Positions 20,783-29,976 of a stretch of DNA of 64,000 nt are shown here, piece after piece. Both the position numbers and the translations under genes were made by a program. Below the pieces are notes generated by a model that was not told where the DNA came from, did not search any database, and saw nothing but the letters and a program-made list of their open reading frames with translations. Source of the DNA: Candidatus Zipacnadum vermilionense. GTDB lineage: Bacteria; Armatimonadota; Zipacnadia; Zipacnadales; Zipacnadaceae. Where the stretch lies: contig JALGSV010000002.1 in assembly GCA_029821755.1 (NCBI GenBank), positions 180,797-244,796 of the forward strand, read 5' to 3'. How positions within the stretch are numbered: position 1 is the stretch's first letter; each line of letters opens with the position of its first letter.

Positions 20783-20835
20783 GGTGTACAGGAGAGTCGC
20801 ATGGAGCTGGGCACGGTGATCCAAGGAGGCATACT

Positions 20836-21765
20836 ATGATCTGGCTAGGATTAGTGATAGCTTTGGCCGCGTTGGTCTGGAGCGGCGGAATGCTGGCGAC
20901 GGTGCTCGGACGGCTGGCGCGCTCGCTGCAGGTATCCTCCTTCCTGATCTCCTTCATGCTGATGGCCGCGGCGACCAGCGTGCCGGAACTGTCGGTGACC
21001 ATCGTCTCCTCCCTACAGCACCAGGGCAGCCTGGCCTTCGGAACCGTGGTGGGCTCCAACATCGCCAACATCGCCCTGGTCATGGGCGTACTGATGTTGC
21101 TGAGCGGGCGGATCAAGATCCGGAGCGCCATCCGGCGGCGCGAGGCGGCCTGGGCGGGCGGCCTGGCCCTGCTTCCCATACTGCTGGCCATGGACGGCAC
21201 GCTCAGCCGGGCGGACGGGGGCGCTCTACTGCTGGGCTTCGGCGCCTACGTAACGCAGTTGCTGCGCAACGCCCATTTCTTCCACAAAGCCGAGGCAGTG
21301 AAGGGTGACCCTACCTTCTGGCGCGACCTGGTGTTGTTCGCGCTGCTGGTGACACTCTTGCTGTTCTCGTCACGCTGGGTGGTCCACTTCGCAGTGGACA
21401 TCGCTCAACTGATGGGAATTCCCCTGTTCGTGATCGGTCTGTTTGTGCTGGCCATCGGCACCTCCCTGCCGGAGCTAGTCTTTGCCATTCGCTCCTCCCT
21501 GGCCCACGATCCCCTACTGTCGATGGGAGACATTACCGGCTCAATTGTGTTCAATGCGTCGGTCATCCTGGGCGTAGGGGCAATGATATCTCCGATCAAG
21601 CTGCAGAGCCCCTCGCACTACCTACTGTCCGCGGGGACGCTGGCGGTGCTGCTCGTGTACCTGTGGCTGGCAACGCACACCGACAAGGTCACCTCACGCC
21701 TGTGGGGGGGCATACTGCTGGTAGTCTACGCGGCATTTGTGGCCCTGGAGTGGATGAGAACCTGA
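20836..21765 (+). CDS. Ca2+/Na+ (CaCA, YrbG-like) antiporter
   Basis: Alpha repeats ATSVPEL..GSNIANI and GTSLPEL..GSIVFN; multiple TM segments. Confidence 0.92.
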   Translation: MIWLGLVIALAALVWSGGMLATVLGRLARSLQVSSFLISFMLMAAATSVPELSVTIVSSLQHQGSLAFGTVVGSNIANIALVMGVLMLLSGRIKIRSAIRRREAAWAGGLALLPILLAMDGTLSRADGGALLLGFGAYVTQLLRNAHFFHKAEAVKGDPTFWRDLVLFALLVTLLLFSSRWVVHFAVDIAQLMGIPLFVIGLFVLAIGTSLPELVFAIRSSLAHDPLLSMGDITGSIVFNASVILGVGAMISPIKLQSPSHYLLSAGTLAVLLVYLWLATHTDKVTSRLWGGILLVVYAAFVALEWMRT

Positions 21766-21811
21766 GAAGGCGCCGGGACCGGTGGGGTCCGGAGGCCCAG
21801 GAGAATACACT

Positions 21812-23122
21812 ATGGAACTTGACAACGTGCTTTCCGCACTCGGTCTGACCAGTTTTGGCGAGGCTCTCGCTAGGGAAGCGGACGCCGCCCAAGCGGCGCT
21901 GCCCGCGGGGGGGCCGTTCTTCCTCAAGCCCGGCTTCGTGGCGGAGGCCTGCCGGGCGTCGTTCCTGCCGGCGGAGCCAAGGGCGGCGGCGCTGGAAGGG
22001 GCGAAGCGGATCGCCGCTGATCCAGCGCGGGCGACGCTGACCTGGTACTTCTACTGGTGCCTGTGGGAGAGCCCGAGCTTTCCCGTAGGCGAGCAGGCGC
22101 GGTGGCCACGGCTGGACCAGGTCCCGGCAGAGCTGGTCGGCGACCTGGCGATGATGTACCTGCTGGCGATGATCGCGCGCTATCCCGAGATGGAAGAGTT
22201 ACACCGGGCATACGGGGTGGAGGCGGCCATCGCCGAGCACACGCTGCTGGATATTCAACTGGGAGGCTGGACCGCGCTGCACGAGCAGTGCGGATGCTGG
22301 GGGCTAGACGTGCCGCGGCTGCACTGGCTGCAGTACCACTTCCGGGGGGAGATCTACCGGCTGGGGCGCTTGCAGTTCCAGTACGGCAAGTTCGGCGGGA
22401 AGCTGCGCATGTACCAGCATCGGGAGACAGGGAAGGTACTGGCGCTGTCGGAGAGCGGGGTGCAGTACCTAGAGGACGGGAGACTGTGGAGCGAGACCCG
22501 GGAGGCGAAGAAGTACTGGACGGCGGAGCTGGGGACTTCGAGCGGACAGAGCGACGACCCCTCCTGCGCCCTGCGCGGGGCCACGGTTACCGGCCACCCG
22601 ATTACGGTGCAGGGCGTGGCGCGGCGGGAGCCGGTGGAGTTGGTGTGCGCCGACTGGTGGCAAGTGCTGGAGCCGGGCGACCCGGTGCTACACATACACA
22701 TCCCGGTGGGTGGGCCGATGGACCACGGGGAGTGCGGGGAGTCGATGCGCTGGGCGGCGGAGTGGTTTCCGGAGCACTTCCCGGAGTGGCCCTTCCTGGC
22801 CTACTGCTGTGATTCGTGGCTGCTGGATACGCAGCTTCAGGAATTCCTGCCGCCGGAGTCGAACATCGCGCGGTTCCAGCGGGAGATGTACCTCTTCCCC
22901 ACCATTCGAGGCGACGAAAACCTGCGGGGACCAATCTTCCACTGCGTGCCGGAGTTCACGGCGGCAATGCCCCGCAAGACGGCGCTCCAGCGGGCGCTGG
23001 CGGAGTACCTCGAAGCGGGGAATAAGCTGCGGGCGAGCGCCGGCGGGAGCATCATCCTGGCGGAGGATTTGGACTGGGGCGGGGAGGTGTATCTGAAGGG
23101 GAAGGCGGCGGCGCTCGGATAG
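21812..23122 (+). CDS. Acyltransferase/GNAT-like protein (DUF5596 type)
   Basis: YRLGRLQF, LHIHIP.GGP, C.SWLLD..L, SNI.RFQ motifs. Confidence 0.75.
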   Translation: MELDNVLSALGLTSFGEALAREADAAQAALPAGGPFFLKPGFVAEACRASFLPAEPRAAALEGAKRIAADPARATLTWYFYWCLWESPSFPVGEQARWPRLDQVPAELVGDLAMMYLLAMIARYPEMEELHRAYGVEAAIAEHTLLDIQLGGWTALHEQCGCWGLDVPRLHWLQYHFRGEIYRLGRLQFQYGKFGGKLRMYQHRETGKVLALSESGVQYLEDGRLWSETREAKKYWTAELGTSSGQSDDPSCALRGATVTGHPITVQGVARREPVELVCADWWQVLEPGDPVLHIHIPVGGPMDHGECGESMRWAAEWFPEHFPEWPFLAYCCDSWLLDTQLQEFLPPESNIARFQREMYLFPTIRGDENLRGPIFHCVPEFTAAMPRKTALQRALAEYLEAGNKLRASAGGSIILAEDLDWGGEVYLKGKAAALG

Positions 23123-23304
23123 GGATCCCGACCCCTGCCCAGGAACCAGCCATACCTTCGGCTGGGTGAGCAGGACCCGGAACCGCGGCCCAAGGTGCAG
23201 GACGCCTACGGGCGCTGCTCCAGGGCGGCGGTGGGGGGGGCGCGGGATCAAGTACCTGCCGGACCAGGCGCCGGCGGATAGCGCAGTGCCAGCCGCCCAG
23301 CCGC

Positions 23305-23334
23305 GCACCGGCGAGACGCCGGTACCACAGGGAG
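23305..23334 (+). repeat. Family B palindrome (GCACCGGCGAGACGCCGGT...) whose tail overlaps the SD of the downstream gene
   Basis: gcaccggcgagacgccggtaccacagggag; GGAGG at 23331-23335, ATG at 23342. Confidence 0.8.
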
Positions 23335-23341
23335 GACCCTC

Positions 23342-25324
23342 ATGGCAGATGAACTTCGTGCCCCCGCCGAGCGGCGGGTAGGGGTGGTGAATACCTCGCG
23401 TAGCCCCCACGCCCGGCTGCGCTCAGTGCCACTCGCGGCGGTGAAGCTGGGCGACGGCTTCTGGCGGCCGCGGCTGCAGGCCAATGCTGGCGTGGGCATG
23501 CCCACCTTCTACCGCGACATGGAGAGCCACGGCGTGGTGGACAATCTCCGGCGTCTGTCGGGGCGCAAGCAGGTGGACTACCAGAACGGCGGCTACGCTA
23601 GCGAGTCGGACCTGTACAAGTGGCTGGAGGCCGTCGGCTACGTCTTGCAGAGCGGCGAAGCCCCGGAACTGCGCGCCCTGGCCGAGGCCACCATCGACGA
23701 TATCGCGGCGGCCCAGGGCGAGGACGGCTACCTCTATGCGCGCACCGCCGTCGGCGGCGACCCCAACTACGAGCGCTTCAGCCGGCTGCAAGACTCCCAT
23801 GAGCTATACTGCGCCGGGCATCTGATGCAGGCAGGGGTGGCCTACTGGCGGGCGACGGGCGACGCGGAACTCCTGGGGGTGGCTACGAGGTTTGCTGATT
23901 ACCTCTGCGAGACCTTCGGGCCGAGGAAGCTGGAGACCGCCGACGGGCATCCGGAGGCGGAACTGGCGCTGGTGGAGCTGTACCGGGCGACCGGGGAGCG
24001 GCGGTACCTGGACCTGGCGGGGTTCTTCCTGACCCAACGGCAGTCGGTGGAGGACCTCTCCCCCATCGCTGAGCGGCAGGCGCTGGCCGGTCATGCGGTG
24101 CGGTCGGGGTACCTGTGCTCGGGCGGCACGGACTGGTACCTGGAGACCGGCGACGCGGCGATGCTGGAGAACCTGGAGCGGCTGTGGCAGGAGCTGGTGG
24201 CAGGGAAGATCTACCTCACCGGTGGCGTGGGGGCGCGGTTTGCGGGGGAGTCGTTCGGGGAGCCGTATGAACTGCCCAACGCGCGGGCGTATGCCGAGAC
24301 CTGTGCGGCGATTGCCCATGCCATGTGGGCCTGGCGGATGCTCCTGGCCACCGGCGAGGCCCAGTATGCCGACTGGCTGGAGACGATCCTGTACAACGGC
24401 TTCCTCTCCGGCGTGTCACTGGACGGGGGCGAGTACTTCTACATGAACCCCCTGACTGCCGGCGGAGGCTACGCGCGGCAGCCCTGGTTTGGCTGCAACT
24501 GCTGCCCGCCGAACATCCACCGGACGCTGGCCTCCCTCCCCGGCTACCTCTTCACCACCAGCGAGGAGGGGCTGTGGGTACACCTGTACGACGCCTGCGA
24601 GGCGCTGGTGACACTGCCGGACCACACGAGCGTGCGGGTGGAGGTGCGAACGAAGTACCCGTGGAAGGGGAGGGTGGAGATCGTGGTGACGCCGGCGGTG
24701 GCGACCGAGTTTACGCTGTTCCTGCGGATTCCCGCGTGGGCGGAGGGGGCGCGGGTGGAGATGCAGAGGGAACCGAGCACCGGCGAGACGCCGGTGCCAC
24801 CGGGAGAGTACCTGCCGCTCCACCGGCGCTGGGCGCCGGGGGACGTGGTGCGGCTGGAAATGCCCTTGCCGGTGCGGTTGACGGAGAGCCATCCACGGGT
24901 GGTGGAGAACCGCTGCGCAGTGGCGCTGCAGCGCGGGCCGCTGGTGTATTGCCTGGAGGGGACGGACAACCCAACTGACTCGCTGCCCGACCTGGCCCTG
25001 ACGGCGGTGGAGGGAGATCCCGAGGGCGGGTTCGGCGCGGAGGCGCAGTCGCTGCTCCTGCGGGGAGTGACCATCCTACGCGGGCCGGGGATGTCCGTCT
25101 GCGCGCCCGGCGCGGCTGGGGAGCACACGCCGCTATACCGGCCGTGGCGCAGCGGCCCGCCCGTCGCGCACCATCCTCTGACGGTGACCGCTATCCCCTA
25201 CTACGCCTGGGGCAACCGCGGGAGCGATGAGCTGGAGGTATGGATCCCGGTGACGGAGGGAGCCGCGGCGACCGCGGTTTCCCGCACTCTGACCCAACAT
25301 CACGAGGAGGACCATGGACACTGA
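23342..25324 (+). CDS. GH127 beta-L-arabinofuranosidase-family glycoside hydrolase
   Basis: SDLYKWLEA, HELYCAGH, GHAVR, AYAETCAAI, WFGCNCCPPN, IPYYAWGNR. Confidence 0.93.
   Translation: MADELRAPAERRVGVVNTSRSPHARLRSVPLAAVKLGDGFWRPRLQANAGVGMPTFYRDMESHGVVDNLRRLSGRKQVDYQNGGYASESDLYKWLEAVGYVLQSGEAPELRALAEATIDDIAAAQGEDGYLYARTAVGGDPNYERFSRLQDSHELYCAGHLMQAGVAYWRATGDAELLGVATRFADYLCETFGPRKLETADGHPEAELALVELYRATGERRYLDLAGFFLTQRQSVEDLSPIAERQALAGHAVRSGYLCSGGTDWYLETGDAAMLENLERLWQELVAGKIYLTGGVGARFAGESFGEPYELPNARAYAETCAAIAHAMWAWRMLLATGEAQYADWLETILYNGFLSGVSLDGGEYFYMNPLTAGGGYARQPWFGCNCCPPNIHRTLASLPGYLFTTSEEGLWVHLYDACEALVTLPDHTSVRVEVRTKYPWKGRVEIVVTPAVATEFTLFLRIPAWAEGARVEMQREPSTGETPVPPGEYLPLHRRWAPGDVVRLEMPLPVRLTESHPRVVENRCAVALQRGPLVYCLEGTDNPTDSLPDLALTAVEGDPEGGFGAEAQSLLLRGVTILRGPGMSVCAPGAAGEHTPLYRPWRSGPPVAHHPLTVTAIPYYAWGNRGSDELEVWIPVTEGAAATAVSRTLTQHHEEDHGH
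24777..24806 (+). repeat. Family B palindrome in frame within the first GH127 (reads STGETPVPPG)
   Basis: gcaccggcgagacgccggtgccaccgggag. Confidence 0.85.
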
Positions 25325-27167
25325 ACTGACCCCGTACAAAGTAGACCCGACCTGCGAGCCCACCCCGGCCGGCAGCCGCTTTGCCTTGGGAGGCGTGGTG
25401 GGGGATTGGCTGGACACGGTAGTGGAGAACTGGCTGCTGCCCTTCCCCCGAGCCAATCCGGCGATGACGCAGATGTTCCGGGACCGCGATAGGCGACCGG
25501 TGCGGAAGTTGCTGCAGTGGTCCGGGGAGTTCGCCGGAAAGTACCTGCTGGGGGCCCTGCACGTCTGGGAACTTACCGGGGATGAGCGGCTGCGGCAGAC
25601 AATCCAGGGGATGATCGAGGAGCTGGTGACTGCGCAGGGGCCGGATGGGTACCTGGGGCCGTTTCCGCCCGAGGCGCGGTTGACAGGGGATAACTGGGAC
25701 CTCTGGGGGCACTACCACACGGCATTTGCGCTGCTGCGCCACTACGCGCTGACCGGTGAGGAGAGGTCACTGGAGGCGGCCGTCCGCGCCGCCGACTTGC
25801 TTTGCGCCACCTTCGGCCCCGGCCGCGCGCGGATCCTCCACCAACAGCAGATGAACATGGGGCTGGTCCACGGCCTCGCCCTGCTCTACCGCTACGTACC
25901 CAAGCCGGAATACCTGGCGACCGCCCGGTGGATCGTGGAAGACTCGGACATTCCCGGCGGGGTGCAGTTCATGCGGGCGGCGCGGCAGGGGAAGGAGTTG
26001 TTCGAGTTCGGAAACATCGCCAACCGCTGGGAAATCCTGCATTTCACGCAGGGCCTGGTGGAGCTGTACTGGCTCACCGGTGCAACCGAGTACCGCGACA
26101 CTTTCCTGCGCGTGTGGGACAGCATCCGTCGCCTGGACCGGCACAACACCGGAGGCTTCTCTACCGGCGAGAGGGCGGTGGGGACGCCTTACATGCTCCC
26201 CGGGGAGGACAAACCGAACTGGCCCAACATCTGGCAGCGCTGCATCGAGACCTGCTGCACGGTGGCCTGGAACGCGCTGAGCGTGGACATGCTCCGACTG
26301 AGCGGCGACTCCACGGTGGCTGACGAGATCGAGCTGACGCTGTACAACTCGGCGCAGGGCTCCATGCACCCCTCGGGGCGCGCCTGGACGTACAACACGC
26401 CCATGCGGGGCTGGCGCCTCTCCTCCGCCGATCAGATCAGCGCTCACGCGCATCCGGGCGGGCCGGAGCTGAACTGCTGCAACGCCAACGCCCCGCGGCC
26501 GCTGGGGATGATCCGCGACTGGGCGCTCATGACGAGCGCGGAGGGGCTGACGCTCAACCACTACGGGGCGGGGGTGCTGGAGGCGCCGCTGGCGGACGGC
26601 GGGCAAGTACGGCTGGAGCAGGAGACGGAGTACCCGCTGGAGGGGGCGATATTGCTGCGCGTCACGCCGGACCAGCCGCGAAAGTTCACGTTGCGCCTGC
26701 GGATACCGTCGTGGTCGCGAGAAACGAAGGTGGAGGTAACCGGCGAGCCAAGCACCGGCGAGACGCCGGTGCCACCGGGAGCGTACCTGTCCCTCCGACG
26801 CCAGTGGCAGGCGGGAGACACCGTGGAGATCAGCCTGGACTTCTCACCGCGCTACTGGGCGGGGCGGGAGGAGTGCGCGGGCATGGTGGCTTTGTACCGG
26901 GGGCCGCTGCTACTAGCCTGGGACCAGCGGTTTACCGAGTTCGACGAGGCCGACCTGCCGGCCGTGGACGCGAGCGCGCTGCGCCTGGAGCGGATCGAGA
27001 GCGACGGGCCTGGGCCCCGGCCGCTGCTGCTGGTGCGGGTGGGAAAAGGGCCCTTAGTGCTGTGTGACTTTGCCAGCGCGGGCGGAGCGGGCAATCCCTA
27101 TACCTCGTGGCTGCCGGCGGTCAACGCCGATCCGGAGTGCGAGGGGCCCTTTGCGCGGAGCGAGTAG
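25314..27167 (+). CDS. Second GH127/GH146-like glycoside hydrolase
   Basis: GEFAGKYL, TGGFSTGE, ETCCTV.W, NCCNAN, LRIPSW, RGPLLL. Confidence 0.85.
   Translation: MDTELTPYKVDPTCEPTPAGSRFALGGVVGDWLDTVVENWLLPFPRANPAMTQMFRDRDRRPVRKLLQWSGEFAGKYLLGALHVWELTGDERLRQTIQGMIEELVTAQGPDGYLGPFPPEARLTGDNWDLWGHYHTAFALLRHYALTGEERSLEAAVRAADLLCATFGPGRARILHQQQMNMGLVHGLALLYRYVPKPEYLATARWIVEDSDIPGGVQFMRAARQGKELFEFGNIANRWEILHFTQGLVELYWLTGATEYRDTFLRVWDSIRRLDRHNTGGFSTGERAVGTPYMLPGEDKPNWPNIWQRCIETCCTVAWNALSVDMLRLSGDSTVADEIELTLYNSAQGSMHPSGRAWTYNTPMRGWRLSSADQISAHAHPGGPELNCCNANAPRPLGMIRDWALMTSAEGLTLNHYGAGVLEAPLADGGQVRLEQETEYPLEGAILLRVTPDQPRKFTLRLRIPSWSRETKVEVTGEPSTGETPVPPGAYLSLRRQWQAGDTVEISLDFSPRYWAGREECAGMVALYRGPLLLAWDQRFTEFDEADLPAVDASALRLERIESDGPGPRPLLLVRVGKGPLVLCDFASAGGAGNPYTSWLPAVNADPECEGPFARSE
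26752..26781 (+). repeat. Family B palindrome in frame within the second GH127 (reads STGETPVPPG)
   Basis: gcaccggcgagacgccggtgccaccgggag, identical to 24777-24806. Confidence 0.85.
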
Positions 27168-27172
27168 GGAAC

Positions 27173-27225
27173 CTCACCCCCTACGCTCTCTTTCTCGCTG
27201 CGCTCGGGCGAGGGGATTCGAAGAG
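27173..27225. repeat. CCTCACCCCC...GAGGGG-type REP-like element
   Basis: Similar to 12465-12506 and 49537-49578. Confidence 0.6.
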
Positions 27226-27292
27226 GAGGAACGGTTCTCGCAGTGCGTAGCGAGGGCGCGCTAATGACAAAGTAGAAGAGTAGGGAGGCAAG

Positions 27293-28057
27293 ATGATGTC
27301 CAACGTCCGTTATCACGAGATGCTGCCGTTTGAGATCGTCGCCGCGCGGGAGGCCTGTCCGCTGGCGTTTGTGCCGCTGGGGGGAATTGAGTGGCACGGG
27401 GAGCACCTGGCGGTGGGAAACGATGCGCTGAAGGCGGAGATGCTGGCGGTGCGGTGCGCCGAGGCGCGCGGGGGCCTGGCTTTTCCGCCGGTGTGGTGGG
27501 GCGAGCCGCGGGAAGCGTACCTGATGGATGCCAACGCCGCCGACCGGGAGCAGATCAACGAGAAGATGGGCCTGCCGCCGGAGAACTTCGCGCCGGGGTA
27601 CATGGGGCGGAGCGTGCATGACACGGACCGCGCCTACATCGAGCTGCTGCTGCATGTCTGCCGGCAACTGCGGAGCCTGGGGTTTCGGGTGGTCACGCTG
27701 ATCGCCGGACACTACCCCATCCGCCACCAGGCGCAGGCCGCGGCGGAGTGGTTCAACGTGTCGGAGCGGGGGCGGGCGCAGGCCTGGGCCTGCTCGGGGT
27801 ATGAGCTAGTGCACGGGGAGATACCCCTGGCCGGGGACCACGCCGGGCGCTGGGAGACCTCGCTACTCATGGCGCTGCGGCCGGAGTGCGTGGACTTGAA
27901 CCGGCTGCCGGCAGACCCGGAGGCCCCGCTGATCGGCGCGTCCGGCGGAGAGCGCCACCCGGCGGAGGCGGACGCGGAATGGGGCGAGGCCGGAGTGCGA
28001 GCGGTGGTGGCGGCGATCAATGCGCGGGCGCACGAGCTCATCACCGGTCTCGCGTGA
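27293..28057 (+). CDS. Creatininase/creatinine amidohydrolase family protein
   Basis: GGIEWHGEHL..GND, GHYP, DHAGRWETS. Confidence 0.9.
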   Translation: MMSNVRYHEMLPFEIVAAREACPLAFVPLGGIEWHGEHLAVGNDALKAEMLAVRCAEARGGLAFPPVWWGEPREAYLMDANAADREQINEKMGLPPENFAPGYMGRSVHDTDRAYIELLLHVCRQLRSLGFRVVTLIAGHYPIRHQAQAAAEWFNVSERGRAQAWACSGYELVHGEIPLAGDHAGRWETSLLMALRPECVDLNRLPADPEAPLIGASGGERHPAEADAEWGEAGVRAVVAAINARAHELITGLA

Positions 28058-28186
28058 ACCTTGCGGGCAGTGACCGGGTCAGTATACCGACGCCCCGGGG
28101 GAGCCTCGCCCCCTGCTCCCTCTTGGTCACGCTGGGCGTGCCCCTGGCAGGAGAGGGGGAACCAGAACAGCCACGGAGGGTAGACC

Positions 28187-28666
28187 ATGGCCAAGCTACT
28201 TGTGACTTACTACAGCCGCACCGGCAATACCGCGCAGATGGCGGACCTGGTGGCGCAGGGGGCCGCTACGGTGGAGGGGACGGAGGTTACCGCCCGGCCC
28301 GTGGAGGAGGTCACGCCGGAGGCCCTGCTGGACTTTGACGCGCTCATCCTGGGCAGCCCGGTCTACTACGGCGGTCCCGCCGCGGAGATCAAGGTGCTAC
28401 TGGATGCCAGCGTCAAGTACCACGGGAAGCTGGACGGGAAGGTGGGCGGGGCATTCGCCACCTGCGGAGTGTTCGGCGGCGGGGTGGAGACGACCATCCT
28501 GGACCTGATCGCGGCTATGCTGGTGCATGGGATGATCATCAAGGGCGAGTATGGGGGCGCCCACTACGGAGCGGTGGCGGTGGGCGGGCCCGACGAGCAG
28601 GCCGCCCAGGCGTGCGAACGGCTGGGGCGGAGCGTGGCCACGCTGGCGAAGAGGTTGTTTGGGTAG
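28187..28666 (+). CDS. Flavodoxin/WrbA-like NAD(P)H-dependent flavoprotein
   Basis: YYSRTGNT, GSPVYYG, GKVGGAFAT..GG.ET. Confidence 0.9.
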   Translation: MAKLLVTYYSRTGNTAQMADLVAQGAATVEGTEVTARPVEEVTPEALLDFDALILGSPVYYGGPAAEIKVLLDASVKYHGKLDGKVGGAFATCGVFGGGVETTILDLIAAMLVHGMIIKGEYGGAHYGAVAVGGPDEQAAQACERLGRSVATLAKRLFG

Positions 28667-28995
28667 CGCATGGCACGGGCTCCCGGTCCGCCCCAGATGC
28701 CAACGACAAGCCAGCGGGGACCGTAAGGCGCGCGCCACGCGTAGATGCCGTCGTAGGTACGCTCCTTACCTTCCGCTCCGCTCTCTCGACTATCGATTCC
28801 CCCCCCATACCCGCGTTCGAGTACACGATGGTGCTAAAGTGCAGGGCCTCGATCTCCGCCGGGGTCAGCAGGGCGACAAGCCATGACGCCAGACGCCTAG
28901 GTGCGAGAGTGGGTCTTCGGACGTGGCTGGCGCTGGGGGCGAAGGGTAGGGTCCAGGAGCGAAGACGCCCGGTGATTGAGGAGCGTGCGCAATGC

Positions 28996-29925
28996 CTACC
29001 GGCTCTCGCGGATCTGGGCGGCCAGGCGCGCGGAGAGGGCGGCGGAGGCAGTTGCCAAGTCGGGGACGGCGATCGGCCGGAGACCGGGTGGCGGGACGTA
29101 GTGGAAGTCCTCCGGGGGAAGGAAGGCGCTTAGGGCGGTGGTTTCGTAGGTAATCACGCGGCCGATATACTCGGTCTCCACAGCCGCTTGCCGCAGGAGA
29201 TGAGTGTGCCGGTCAATCCAGAGTACTACTGTGCCCTCCCGCCCAGCCTGCTCCACGGACAGCGCCCAAGCGCCGGGGGGGCCGGCGATACCCCTAAGCC
29301 ATTCCTGGTGCGGGTCCACCCCGAAACGCGCCCGGGTGACTCCGGCGCGGTCCGCCTCGCCAGCGACGAGCGCCAGGGGATCAGCCACCCCGCCGGCGCC
29401 GACCGTAGGAGGACCGACCAGCGGCGGCCAGACCCGGGGCAGACGCTTGGGTGCGGCGCAGCGGTAGACCGCCGACAGTCGGGCGACCGCCATGAAGGCG
29501 ACCTCCCCGTCGATCACCGTGACGACCCGGCCGGAGCCCTCGCCCGCCCGGCAGTAGTAGCGATTTGGTGCGGCATAGCCGAGGGAGAAGGGGACCGTGC
29601 GGCGGTAGCGCGCCGGGCCATTGTCGCCGCCCAGGCCGAGGTCCTCCCGCATAGTGGCGGTGATCTCCAGGGCCCGCGCACTAGCGTACTTGTGCGCCAT
29701 CTGACCCAACAAGAGTCGAGGACCGAAGTGCATCCAGCCGACCCAGATCAGGGGCGGCAGCACGATAGCCAGTAACAGCCCCAACAGGACCGGCCATTGC
29801 CGAGCGAAGCGCAGCCCCGGTCGCCAGGGCTTGAGGCGACGGTCCTCCGGCAACTCCGGGGCAGGGAGCTTCCAGCCGTCGCGCTCGGAGGCGGGTGCGA
29901 CGATTTCGTCCTCGTCGTCAACCAT
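28996..29925 (-). CDS. Membrane-anchored LolA/DUF2092-like hypothetical protein
   Basis: TM segment near aa 45-67; APNRY..., VIDGE, LWIDRHT.LLRQ, F.YVPPPG pattern. Confidence 0.55.
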   Translation of the reverse strand: MVDDEDEIVAPASERDGWKLPAPELPEDRRLKPWRPGLRFARQWPVLLGLLLAIVLPPLIWVGWMHFGPRLLLGQMAHKYASARALEITATMREDLGLGGDNGPARYRRTVPFSLGYAAPNRYYCRAGEGSGRVVTVIDGEVAFMAVARLSAVYRCAAPKRLPRVWPPLVGPPTVGAGGVADPLALVAGEADRAGVTRARFGVDPHQEWLRGIAGPPGAWALSVEQAGREGTVVLWIDRHTHLLRQAAVETEYIGRVITYETTALSAFLPPEDFHYVPPPGLRPIAVPDLATASAALSARLAAQIRESR

Positions 29926-29976
29926 CGGATCAGGATTCCCTTACCGCAGCGAGGGAGGGGCCTCCCCCGAGGCCGT

